Shown here piece after piece: positions 28,663 through 36,777 of a stretch of 40,619 nucleotides of DNA. The DNA lies in NCBI GenBank assembly GCA_965602205.1, contig CBFCYQ010000001.1, forward strand, positions 1 to 40,619. Reading direction: 5' to 3'. A program made the position numbers and the translations under genes. The DNA is from an uncultured bacterium (lineage in GTDB: Bacteria > Zixibacteria > MSB-5A5 > GN15 > FEB-12). The number at the start of each line of letters is the position of its first letter. Position 1 is the stretch's first letter. Under the pieces are notes generated by a model, which was not told the origin of the DNA, did not search any database, and saw only the letters and a list, made by a program, of their open reading frames with translations.

Positions 28663-29276
28663 TTCTTTGTAGAGTCGGTCGGCTATAATCTACTCACGTT
28701 ACCATCTTCTTCAAGCGATTGCAGCGGCCTGCCCTGTCACCTGAAGTGACACCGCTGACCGATTTACAGTTCCTATAATGGATTAAGAGTTCAATGAACT
28801 GGCCGGCACCATAACATCGTGCAACACTGTCGGTTAGCGGCCGGAAAGTTTTTCCTTGTTTTAGTTGACTTCGCGTGTAAAAGAGAGTAAATCAGGCTCA
28901 AGATATATGGTGAGATGACCATACTTGCCTAAGAATTATGTTCGTTTTACCGACATATTGAAAGGAATGGCCAGGGCTTGAACAGGTGATCCTAAGGCGC
29001 TATGCTCAAACGGTATGAAGGGGTTTTGCCGAGGATGGCGTTGATCGGTTGTTCAAATGGGAGCCAAGCTGATGCAGGGCACGACGCCCGCGCGGTTTGA
29101 TGACGGTGCCGGCCGAGATTTCGGGCGGCCAGACTAACAGGGAATGGGTTGATGCATAATGGCTTACAGGCCGTCCTCTAAAATTGTACTTTCCTGCATT
29201 TTCTGTCGGGGGCTCTTTCATGACGGCATCGACATTGCGATTCTCCCAACCAGGACTTTTGATTGGGAGACTGTTG

Positions 29277-30221
29277 ATGCATAGAAGGGTTCTGAAGAAG
29301 ATTGTTTTCGGGTGGCTTCTACTGGCGGTTCTCGTGGCCCTGCTCGGCCGCATCACCATTGCGGCCCCGGATGCCGGGCGGACTGCAGCCGACTTTCTGC
29401 TGATCGGCACCGATGCTTCGTCGGCCGGTATGGGCGGAGCTTATACCGCCGCCTCAGAGGGTGCGACAGCCGCTTACTGGAACCCCGCCGGCCTGGCACC
29501 CCTGGAGCAGGGGGAAGTCCTGCTAAGTCACCTGGCCTGGTATCAGGACATCAAGCTCGAACATGGCGCCGTGGCGTTCCGGGTTAAGGAACGCTTGACG
29601 CTGGCAGCGTCCATAACGTACCTTTCGTACGGTCGAATCGAAGGCTTTGATGCCTATGGCTACGCGAACGGGTACATTTCCGCATATGACTGGGCGGGAG
29701 CCGTCTCCGCTGGTTATCAACTCAGCAACAGCCTTTCGTGTGGTCTGACAGCCAAGTTTATAAACCAGCAATTTGATGATATCGGCGGCTCAACCTTCGC
29801 CACTGACGTCGGCCTCAAATACCGTTGGGGTCGGTTTGTCATTGCCGGAGCTGTCACCAACCTGGGACCGGCCATGAAATTCGAGTCAGTCAGCGAGAAG
29901 CTGCCCACGGCCGAACGGCTGGGCTTGTATGTGACGCCCTTTGACCTGCCCATCGCAGGTGCTTTTGAAGTCGAGAAAAGAAATCATGGCGGGTTTGTAG
30001 TTCGCAATGGCTACGAGATGGGCTTTTTGGATCAGTACTTTATCCGCACAGGCTATAATTATCTGCCGGATGAACAGGACAGACATTTCGGTGCCGGGCT
30101 CACAATGGGGGCCGGTGTGAGGTTTGAGCGCCTCGAGTTTGATTACGCCTTTACCCCCGGGGACAGCTATTCTTCGGAAAGCCTGCATCGCATATCCGTG
30201 CTGTTCAAGCTCTCCCAATAG
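29277..30221 (+). CDS. PorV/PorQ-family outer-membrane beta-barrel protein
   Basis: 314 aa from the ATG at 29277. Signal peptide MHRRVLKKIVFGWLLLAVLVALLGRITIAAP, then TAADFLLIGTDASSAGMGGAYTAASEGATAAYWNPAGLA, the characteristic PorV/PorQ N-terminal motif. The track ORF (29184) carries a 31-aa upstream extension with no signal-peptide logic. Confidence 0.8.
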   Translation: MHRRVLKKIVFGWLLLAVLVALLGRITIAAPDAGRTAADFLLIGTDASSAGMGGAYTAASEGATAAYWNPAGLAPLEQGEVLLSHLAWYQDIKLEHGAVAFRVKERLTLAASITYLSYGRIEGFDAYGYANGYISAYDWAGAVSAGYQLSNSLSCGLTAKFINQQFDDIGGSTFATDVGLKYRWGRFVIAGAVTNLGPAMKFESVSEKLPTAERLGLYVTPFDLPIAGAFEVEKRNHGGFVVRNGYEMGFLDQYFIRTGYNYLPDEQDRHFGAGLTMGAGVRFERLEFDYAFTPGDSYSSESLHRISVLFKLSQ

Positions 30222-30251
30222 ACCGGTAGATGAGATTTAACCGGTCTATTT

Positions 30252-30277
30252 AACCAGCTTTGTAGCTGGTTTTTTTG
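30252..30277 (+). terminator. rho-independent terminator
   Basis: AACCAGCT-TTGT-AGCTGGTT stem-loop followed by a T-run (TTTTTT). It is preceded by a second hairpin, GACCGGT...ACCGGTC, at 30221-30246. Confidence 0.8.
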
Positions 30278-30481
30278 CACTTTTTTTAGAGTCAACTGCG
30301 CAATCCGTTGCATGTATTATGCGTCAGGTCGTAATCATTTGCATGCTCACATATTGATCATTATTCGGCGTGTTCTCGGGCGGGAGAACGGCCGGGGCTC
30401 GGCTCGCACAATACGTTATTAGCCAACAGGTTATATGCTCATAATATTTTAATGGGGGGGTTCGTTAGTGTTATCGATTTT

Positions 30482-30497
30482 TGGCAACTCTTTTGCT
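30482..30497 (+). promoter_or_regulatory. sigma-54 (-24/-12) promoter
   Basis: TGGCAACTCTTTTGCT. GG and GC are separated by exactly 10 nt, and TGGCA / TTGCT fit the consensus TGGCAC-N5-TTGCW. It lies 56 nt upstream of the sugar-transferase ATG. Confidence 0.7.
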
Positions 30498-30552
30498 GAG
30501 AGAGCTTCTTGTTAGGAGACTAGGCAACTAAACTACCCATAATTGAACACGT

Positions 30553-31488
30553 ATGAACAGCCGCCAGAATAGCAATATAAACATGAGAGCCGAGAGTGTG
30601 GCCATCGACCGGGCCAGTGCCGGGTATGGTGTAGCTTCCGGTGTTCGTGTTTCCAGATCCGAAAATTCCAATCTGAGTGTGGCCCTCTCCTGGTCTGACC
30701 AGTTCAGTTATTTCTTCACCGAGTATTTCAAGGGAATTCTATTTGTCGTATTGACGACCTTCTTTATATTTGCTGTACCGGCATATATAACAAAACCGGC
30801 CAAGGTGCATGCTATGTTAGGTAAGGCGCTCAAGAGAACGCTCGATATAATTGGCGCGATTTTCGGACTGCTTTTGACAGTGCCCTTCTGGATAATCCTG
30901 CCAGTGCTCATTAAACTGGATTCCCGCGGTCCGGTGTTCTATACGCAACTCCGGGTCGGCGTCAATCGCCGCGGAAAAGACCGCCGGTACCACCAAAAGG
31001 CCGATGTCGTTGATCGACGGGGGCGGGAACGGCGCCGCGAGGATTACCAGGGCCGACTGTTCCGGGTGATCAAGTTCAGGACCATGGTTCACAATGCTGA
31101 GAAGCACTCCGGCCCGGTCTGGGCTTCGAAGAACGATTCCAGAGTGACTCGTGCGGGCGCTTTCCTGCGAAAAGCGCGCATGGACGAGATTCCGCAGTTT
31201 CTGAACGTTCTTAGAGGTGATATGTCGCTGGTGGGGCCGCGTCCGGAGAGACCGAATTTTGTGCGTGAGCTTTCCGGCCAGGTGGACGACTATAATAATC
31301 GTCTCAAGGTCAAACCCGGTCTTACCGGTCTGGCCCAGGTCGAGGCTGGTTATGATTCATCGGTTGCCACAGTTGCCGAAAAGGTCCGCTACGATCTGGA
31401 GTATATCGAAAACTGGTCATTGTGGACGGATATTAAGATTCTGCTCAAGACTGTCAAGGTAGTGCTCACCGGCAAGGGTGCCTGCTGA
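30553..31488 (+). CDS. polyprenyl-phosphate glycosyl-1-phosphate transferase (bacterial sugar transferase, WbaP/EpsB-like C-terminal domain)
   Basis: 311 aa. [72 protein letters not shown]. It carries an Arg-rich ~30-aa insert before KFRTM. The exact start is uncertain because no SD is visible. Confidence 0.9.
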   Translation: MNSRQNSNINMRAESVAIDRASAGYGVASGVRVSRSENSNLSVALSWSDQFSYFFTEYFKGILFVVLTTFFIFAVPAYITKPAKVHAMLGKALKRTLDIIGAIFGLLLTVPFWIILPVLIKLDSRGPVFYTQLRVGVNRRGKDRRYHQKADVVDRRGRERRREDYQGRLFRVIKFRTMVHNAEKHSGPVWASKNDSRVTRAGAFLRKARMDEIPQFLNVLRGDMSLVGPRPERPNFVRELSGQVDDYNNRLKVKPGLTGLAQVEAGYDSSVATVAEKVRYDLEYIENWSLWTDIKILLKTVKVVLTGKGAC

Positions 31489-31521
31489 CCCTGGCGCGTT
31501 TGCGGGTGACAGAGATGATAG

Positions 31522-31548
31522 GGCCGTGATTATCGCGGCCTTTTTATT
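31522..31548 (+). terminator. putative intrinsic terminator / attenuator
   Basis: GGCCG-(9 nt)-CGGCC hairpin followed by TTTTTATT, lying between the sugar transferase and the PEGA gene. Confidence 0.45.
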
Positions 31549-31627
31549 AGAGCTTGTTTTCGTTCAGGCGATGTTTTATTATTCCGATATAAGCCCTAAA
31601 TTGATCGATAGAAGACCGAAAGGGAAT

Positions 31628-32365
31628 ATGACGTTAAAAAGGACTTTAGCGGCGGGCTTCTTCTGCTTCATTCTGCACGTCTCAGCGGCGGCGCAATCTG
31701 AGGCCGCCAAAGGTCTGGTTGTCAGGTCCTATCCGGAGGGGGCTCAAGTCACTCTGACCGGGGAAGTAACGGTATCCGGTATCACCCCGGCGACTTTCGA
31801 ACATACCCTTGTCGGTGACTATAAACTGGAGTTAAGGAAATACGGCTACGAGAGATACCGTACCCGGGTCACCCTTGATCCCACCAAAATGACTGAGATG
31901 AGCGTGCGGCTGTCCCCCAAGACGCGATACAAAGCAGCCGGACGTTCGGTGATCATTCCGGGGTGGGGTCAGCGCTACACCGACCAGAAAACCAAGGGCT
32001 TCCTGTTTACGGCTCTCGCGGTCGGTTCGGTGGCGGCTTATCTGATTGCCGACCGTGAATTTGACGACAAGCGCGAGGTTCTTGATGACCGGCTGCGGCA
32101 GTATGACCGCGCTTATCAGTCGGGCACCTACGACGAAGTGGTCAGGTTATACGACGAGTTGGATGCAGCTCAGGGCGAGGCCTATGATGCTGAGAACATC
32201 AGGCGCATCACGATGGGTGCGGTTATCGGCGTATGGTGTCTGAACCTGCTGGATGCGCTGTTCTTTTTCCCGGAGGAGCGGACCACTTTTTCGGTCAAGG
32301 GTCTGGCCGTCGGCTCAGCCGCGCAACCCGGTGAGGTCGGCTTATCCATATCGATGGGTTTTTAG
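31628..32365 (+). CDS. PEGA-domain protein with a DUF5683-like membrane segment
   Basis: 245 aa from the ATG at 31628 (GAAAGGGAAT upstream). Signal peptide MTLKRTLAAGFFCFILHVSAAAQ; PEGA motif in LVVRSYPEGAQVTL; later SVIIPGWGQRY plus two hydrophobic helices. The track ORF start (31478) overlaps the upstream gene and reads through the hairpin. Confidence 0.7.
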   Translation: MTLKRTLAAGFFCFILHVSAAAQSEAAKGLVVRSYPEGAQVTLTGEVTVSGITPATFEHTLVGDYKLELRKYGYERYRTRVTLDPTKMTEMSVRLSPKTRYKAAGRSVIIPGWGQRYTDQKTKGFLFTALAVGSVAAYLIADREFDDKREVLDDRLRQYDRAYQSGTYDEVVRLYDELDAAQGEAYDAENIRRITMGAVIGVWCLNLLDALFFFPEERTTFSVKGLAVGSAAQPGEVGLSISMGF

Positions 32366-32378
32366 ATAGGGCGGGCTT

Positions 32379-33917
32379 GTGAAAACAAAAGTCATAACGT
32401 CGCTCATAATTATCTCGGTGTTGGCTGTCTCTTGCAGCCGTTACATCGATTCCCGTGATCCGGTCAGGTCTTTGCCGGAGGCCGGGCCGGTGCCCTACAA
32501 TGTTCAGGTGCATATAAATGATCGCTCGGTGACACTTGCCTGGCAGGTGGCTGATACGGCCGCGGTTTCGAAGTACCGGGTTTATGTCGCGGACTCGACC
32601 GCCGCGAACTACCTGCTGACCGATTCAACCACCGAATTGCAGGCCACCGTCAGTAACCTGCTGGTTAACCAGAAGTACTTCTTCCGGATTGCCTCGGTTT
32701 CCAGTGCGGGGCTGGAGAGTCCGCGCTCGGAGGCGGTGTCGGCGCGAGTGTCTCTTCTGTCAATCACAATTTCCGATAACAATGAGTTTACCAACAGTCG
32801 CGACGTGCTGGTGGGGATAAACGGGCCGCCGACCACGACGCACGTTATCCTGTCGGAAGACCCCGCTTTCAGCGATGCCGTTTTCGAAGCATATGCGCCA
32901 CTGCAGAATTTCCATCTCACGGATGGAGACGGCGAAAAAATCGTTTACGGCAAGCTGCAATTCGCGGACGGTTCCGAATCCGGTGAGTTGTTGTCCGATG
33001 ATATTATTCTGGACACCCGTACTTTCATAGAATCGGTGGAGTTTTCTCCGTCGGGGATGACGTTCTCCACCGGTGATACGGTGTATTTCGAATTGACCGC
33101 CGTTGAGACGCACGGCCAGGCCTGGGTTCTCTTTACCGGAGTCAGCCGAGTGAATCTCTACGATGACGGCACCGGTACTGACAACGCCCCCAATGACCGG
33201 ATATATAGCGGCTACTACGTGGTTCAAAGCGGTTTCAACCTTCTGGACGGCCTGGTCACAGGCAGGTTTACCGACGCTGCCGGAAATTCGGCTGACCCGG
33301 TGGTGGCGACCGAGGTGCTCAATATCTCGACGCCGGCGTTACCCGTAAACCTGACGGTGGCTCCGCTGTCGACCTACGAGGTGCACCTTTCCTGGACGCG
33401 GTCGGTCAGCACTAACTTTGCCACTTACCGGGTTTACCGGGCCACCGACGCCTCGGTGGATAACACGTCCGAGTTGCTGACGACCATCGCGAGCCAGGCT
33501 ACCACCAGTTACACCGATTCCACGCTCGATGACGCTACGGAGTATTTCTATCGCGTATATGTCTACGATAATCTGGGTCTTTTTGCCGCCTCCAATATCG
33601 ACAGCGCCACGACCCTGGTCAATACACCTCCCGAGCCGGTGGAGTTTTTTGCTACAAACGGGACCGACTCGACCGCCGAGCTTGTCTGGACACCAAGTGA
33701 ACATCACGATTATGCATCTTATCGGATTTTTCGAAGCGACGTGCCGGACGTGACCACTACCGATGAGCTGGTCGTGCTGATTACCAGCCGTTCGACCACC
33801 AGTTTTCTTTACGATCCTCCGTCCGCGGGCACCTTCTTCTGCAGAATATATGTCTATGACCGGCACGGTGCGGCGACCGGGTCGACCAACAGCGTGTTAG
33901 TCCAGGTCATAAAATAG
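32379..33917 (+). CDS. fibronectin type III repeat lipoprotein (function unknown)
   Basis: 512 aa with a GTG start. Probable lipoprotein signal (LIIISVLAVSCS). At least three FN3-like units share the pattern xVxLxW...(F/Y)xxYR(V/I)(Y/F)R: SVTLAWQ..VSKYRVYVAD, EVHLSWT..FATYRVYRAT, AELVWTP..YASYRIFRSD. Confidence 0.7.
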   Translation: MKTKVITSLIIISVLAVSCSRYIDSRDPVRSLPEAGPVPYNVQVHINDRSVTLAWQVADTAAVSKYRVYVADSTAANYLLTDSTTELQATVSNLLVNQKYFFRIASVSSAGLESPRSEAVSARVSLLSITISDNNEFTNSRDVLVGINGPPTTTHVILSEDPAFSDAVFEAYAPLQNFHLTDGDGEKIVYGKLQFADGSESGELLSDDIILDTRTFIESVEFSPSGMTFSTGDTVYFELTAVETHGQAWVLFTGVSRVNLYDDGTGTDNAPNDRIYSGYYVVQSGFNLLDGLVTGRFTDAAGNSADPVVATEVLNISTPALPVNLTVAPLSTYEVHLSWTRSVSTNFATYRVYRATDASVDNTSELLTTIASQATTSYTDSTLDDATEYFYRVYVYDNLGLFAASNIDSATTLVNTPPEPVEFFATNGTDSTAELVWTPSEHHDYASYRIFRSDVPDVTTTDELVVLITSRSTTSFLYDPPSAGTFFCRIYVYDRHGAATGSTNSVLVQVIK

Positions 33918-33926
33918 TCCACCGTT

Positions 33927-34772
33927 GTGAGAATCATGGGCGAAATCAACCTCTTCATCGGTCTCCTGGTTGACACCCTCAAGCAGTTCGGGCGGGCCAA
34001 AATCTGGCTGATACTGTTTCTTTACTTCCTGGTAAACTGGCTGGTTCTCTATGCCCACTATGATTTTGTGTCTCCCTTCTTTTATACTCTGATATCCTTC
34101 TGGACGGGGTTCGTCGATTCGGAGAGGGCGGTCGGTTTCACTCATTACCCGACCCAATTTCTGTTAATGCCGTACTTTTTCGGCTGGGCCAAGCTCTTAA
34201 TAGGCGCGATTATTGAGGGGGCGTTTCTGGGAGCGGCGGCCCTGGTGTTTGCCAACCGGTTTCTGCACCTTGACGAGGAGGAACGGCCCCCGGTGTTCTC
34301 GGTGCTGACGCGATGGATCCACCTGGTTATTGCCTGGGTGATATTGAACGGGCTGATGCTGGTTGCGAATGACCAGCTGCAATCGTTTTTCAGACCGTTT
34401 GTGTCGGGTTCTCCCCGTCGGGAATTGGCCCTGGAATTTCTGGTTCTGCCGGTGGTCTACGTATGTATCCTGTCGCTTCTATTCTTTGCCATACCTTCGA
34501 TTGTTGTCTTCCGCGAAAACGTCTTTAAGGCCATTAAGCGGTCGCTGGTTATCTGCATCGAGCGACCGATAGCGGTGATTCTGTGCTCCGCCCTGGTGCT
34601 GGTGGTGCCCGTTTTGCTGTCAGCCGCCAGTGGCCGGCCGGCCGTCATCGTTGAAAAATTCAGACCGGAACTGGTCTACTGGATTCTCTGGATAGGCCTG
34701 GTCGCCGACATGGTCGTCAATTTCTTCTGGATGGGTATGGCGACGCGTTATTTAGCGGAGGAAGAGCAATAA
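33927..34772 (+). CDS. polytopic integral membrane protein, no recognised family
   Basis: 281 aa with ~6 hydrophobic helices, 9 nt downstream of the FN3 gene and therefore operonic. The start is either GTG 33927 or ATG 33936. Confidence 0.6.
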   Translation: MRIMGEINLFIGLLVDTLKQFGRAKIWLILFLYFLVNWLVLYAHYDFVSPFFYTLISFWTGFVDSERAVGFTHYPTQFLLMPYFFGWAKLLIGAIIEGAFLGAAALVFANRFLHLDEEERPPVFSVLTRWIHLVIAWVILNGLMLVANDQLQSFFRPFVSGSPRRELALEFLVLPVVYVCILSLLFFAIPSIVVFRENVFKAIKRSLVICIERPIAVILCSALVLVVPVLLSAASGRPAVIVEKFRPELVYWILWIGLVADMVVNFFWMGMATRYLAEEEQ

Positions 34773-35180
34773 TCCGGCCGGGAAGCCGCTGGCGTCATCC
34801 TCCAGATTCTCAAGAACAGCCGTCGGGTAGTCTTCTCCGTCCCGGGCGGTTGGCGCTTCGGTGAAGCATCTTTTGACCGGCGGGATGGACGCTGTTTCGA
34901 TTTGAACCGGACGATCGTCCCGGCGTCATCCCAGGCACTCCCAATCGGTCCGTTCATCCATAGAAGAGTCTGCGGCAAGACAAGACTGCTGCAGCGGTTG
35001 CTTTGAGGTCGTTCCGAATGCCCCTGAGTCTGGCGGTCCACCTCCGGAAATACAGTGCCTCCAAGGATGTTTGCATACGGCAAAAAACCCGTGAAATCGG
35101 GCTCCGAAGCGAAAAAACCCACTACAAAAAATTGTCATCACGCCGATAACCTCTATATACCGCCATGGATGTATTCGGAT

Positions 35181-36611
35181 ATGAAAAATATATTATTGGT
35201 TGATGATGACAAAGACTTGTCCCAGTCTCTGGCGAACCTGTTCGACTCGGACAAATTCAATTTCGACTTCCTGGAAGACGGCACAAGCGTAAGCCAGTAC
35301 GTCCGGGAGAATGACAGCCTTGACCTGGTCATGCTTGACGTGAATCTGCCATCGATGTCGGGGCTGGACGTTCTCAAGCAGATCAAGTCGGTCAAGGACA
35401 ACCTTCCGGTTATCGTGATATCGGGGTTCGTCTCGACCGAAAATGCCATCGAGGCGATGCGTGAGGGGGCCTTTGAATACCTTACTAAACCGTTTGAAAT
35501 AGACAAACTCATTGACTCGGTCAACAAGGCCTGCGGTTATGCTTCGAGCCTGAGGCATCCCGTAGCACCGGCCACTGATGAATCGGCAGTTCACGGTATC
35601 GACGAGATCGTCGGCAAGTCGCCGGAGATCGTGGAGATTGCCAAGCTGATCGGGCAGGTGGCCAAAACGGAGGCAGCCGTGTTGATCTTCGGTGAATCCG
35701 GCACCGGCAAGGAACTGGTGGCCCGGGCCATCCATCGCAATTCCAAACGGCGCAGCAACAGCTTTTTGTCGGTGAACTGTGCCGCCCTTCACGAGACTCT
35801 TCTGGAGTCCGAACTGTTCGGCCATGAAAAGGGTGCTTTCACCGGGGCGTATTTCAAGCGCATCGGCAAGTTTGAGCAAACGGACAAGGGGACTCTCTTT
35901 CTTGACGAGATCGGCGACATGTCCATGCTCACGCAGTCCAAGCTTCTCCGCGTCCTGCAGGAGAAGTGCTTTGAGCGCGTCGGCGGCAATGAGTCTATCA
36001 ATGTTGATGTCAGGATGATCGCCGCCACCAACAAGTCGCTGGTGCAGGCGATGAAAGAAGGTTCCTTCCGGGTGGATCTGTTCTACCGCCTGAAGGTCTT
36101 TTCCATATTTATCCCGCCTCTCAGGGAGCGCCGTAGCGACATTCCCCTGCTGGTAGATCACTTCGTCCACAGAATCTCGACGCAACTGGGACAGCCGGCC
36201 AAGGAAGTCTCACGTAAGGCCTTGCAGTTGATTATGAAATATCAATGGCCCGGCAACGTGCGCGAACTGGAAAACAACGTTCATACGGCTCTCGTCATGT
36301 CCAAGGGCGAATCTATTCAGCCCGAGGACCTGCCGATATACGCTGAAGGCGATGCCAGGGTTGACATCGACCTGGATACCCTAAAGGATGACTACACCGA
36401 CAGTTTTAAGAAGATCGTTGAACCGATTATGCCCAAGCTGATTGCCAATTCACCGGGGCAGATATATCATTTCCTCGAGTCAGCTTTCGAACGGGCTGTT
36501 ATCTCGTCATGCCTCAGGCACTTCGATGGCAATCAGGTCAAAACCTCAGAAACACTCGGTATCTCACGCAACACTCTTCGTGATCGAATATCGCGATACG
36601 GCTTGTATTAG
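35181..36611 (+). CDS. sigma-54-dependent Fis-family response regulator (NtrC-type enhancer-binding protein)
   Basis: 476 aa from the ATG at 35181 (MKNILLVDDD...). REC domain with DLVMLDVNLP and TKPF. AAA+ core with GESGTGKE, the GAFTGA sigma-54 contact loop, and RVDLFYRL. C-terminal Fis HTH: NQVKTSETLGISRNTLRDRI. The upstream 42 codons of the track ORF look non-coding. Confidence 0.93.
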   Translation: MKNILLVDDDKDLSQSLANLFDSDKFNFDFLEDGTSVSQYVRENDSLDLVMLDVNLPSMSGLDVLKQIKSVKDNLPVIVISGFVSTENAIEAMREGAFEYLTKPFEIDKLIDSVNKACGYASSLRHPVAPATDESAVHGIDEIVGKSPEIVEIAKLIGQVAKTEAAVLIFGESGTGKELVARAIHRNSKRRSNSFLSVNCAALHETLLESELFGHEKGAFTGAYFKRIGKFEQTDKGTLFLDEIGDMSMLTQSKLLRVLQEKCFERVGGNESINVDVRMIAATNKSLVQAMKEGSFRVDLFYRLKVFSIFIPPLRERRSDIPLLVDHFVHRISTQLGQPAKEVSRKALQLIMKYQWPGNVRELENNVHTALVMSKGESIQPEDLPIYAEGDARVDIDLDTLKDDYTDSFKKIVEPIMPKLIANSPGQIYHFLESAFERAVISSCLRHFDGNQVKTSETLGISRNTLRDRISRYGLY

Positions 36612-36777
36612 TCAGCCCTGGCCGCCTAATCAAAACCGACCCGGAACAGCTGTTCAAATCCTCGAGCCTGCCCTGCCAAGAGCAAGGTTATCCTTTTGAT
36701 TTTCCGGACCGCATAGTTTATACTACGGCCTGAAAAGTGGTTGCCCGTCAGCCGTGGACTTCAAAAGAGAATGACCG

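Noticed and set aside
29184-29276. N-terminal extensions in the ORF track. These cover the PorV-like gene at 29184, the PEGA gene at 31478-31627, the activator at 35055-35180, S14 at 6881-6970 and DinB at 19755-19829.
   Set aside because: In each case an internal start gives a proper signal peptide or the conserved family N-terminus, and better RBS spacing. The extension overlaps an upstream gene, a terminator or unstructured sequence.
29006-29410. 134-aa - strand ORF spanning the PorV-like gene start.
   Set aside because: It is antisense to the signal-peptide region of a confidently called gene, has an Arg/Pro/Ser-rich composition, and has no RBS.
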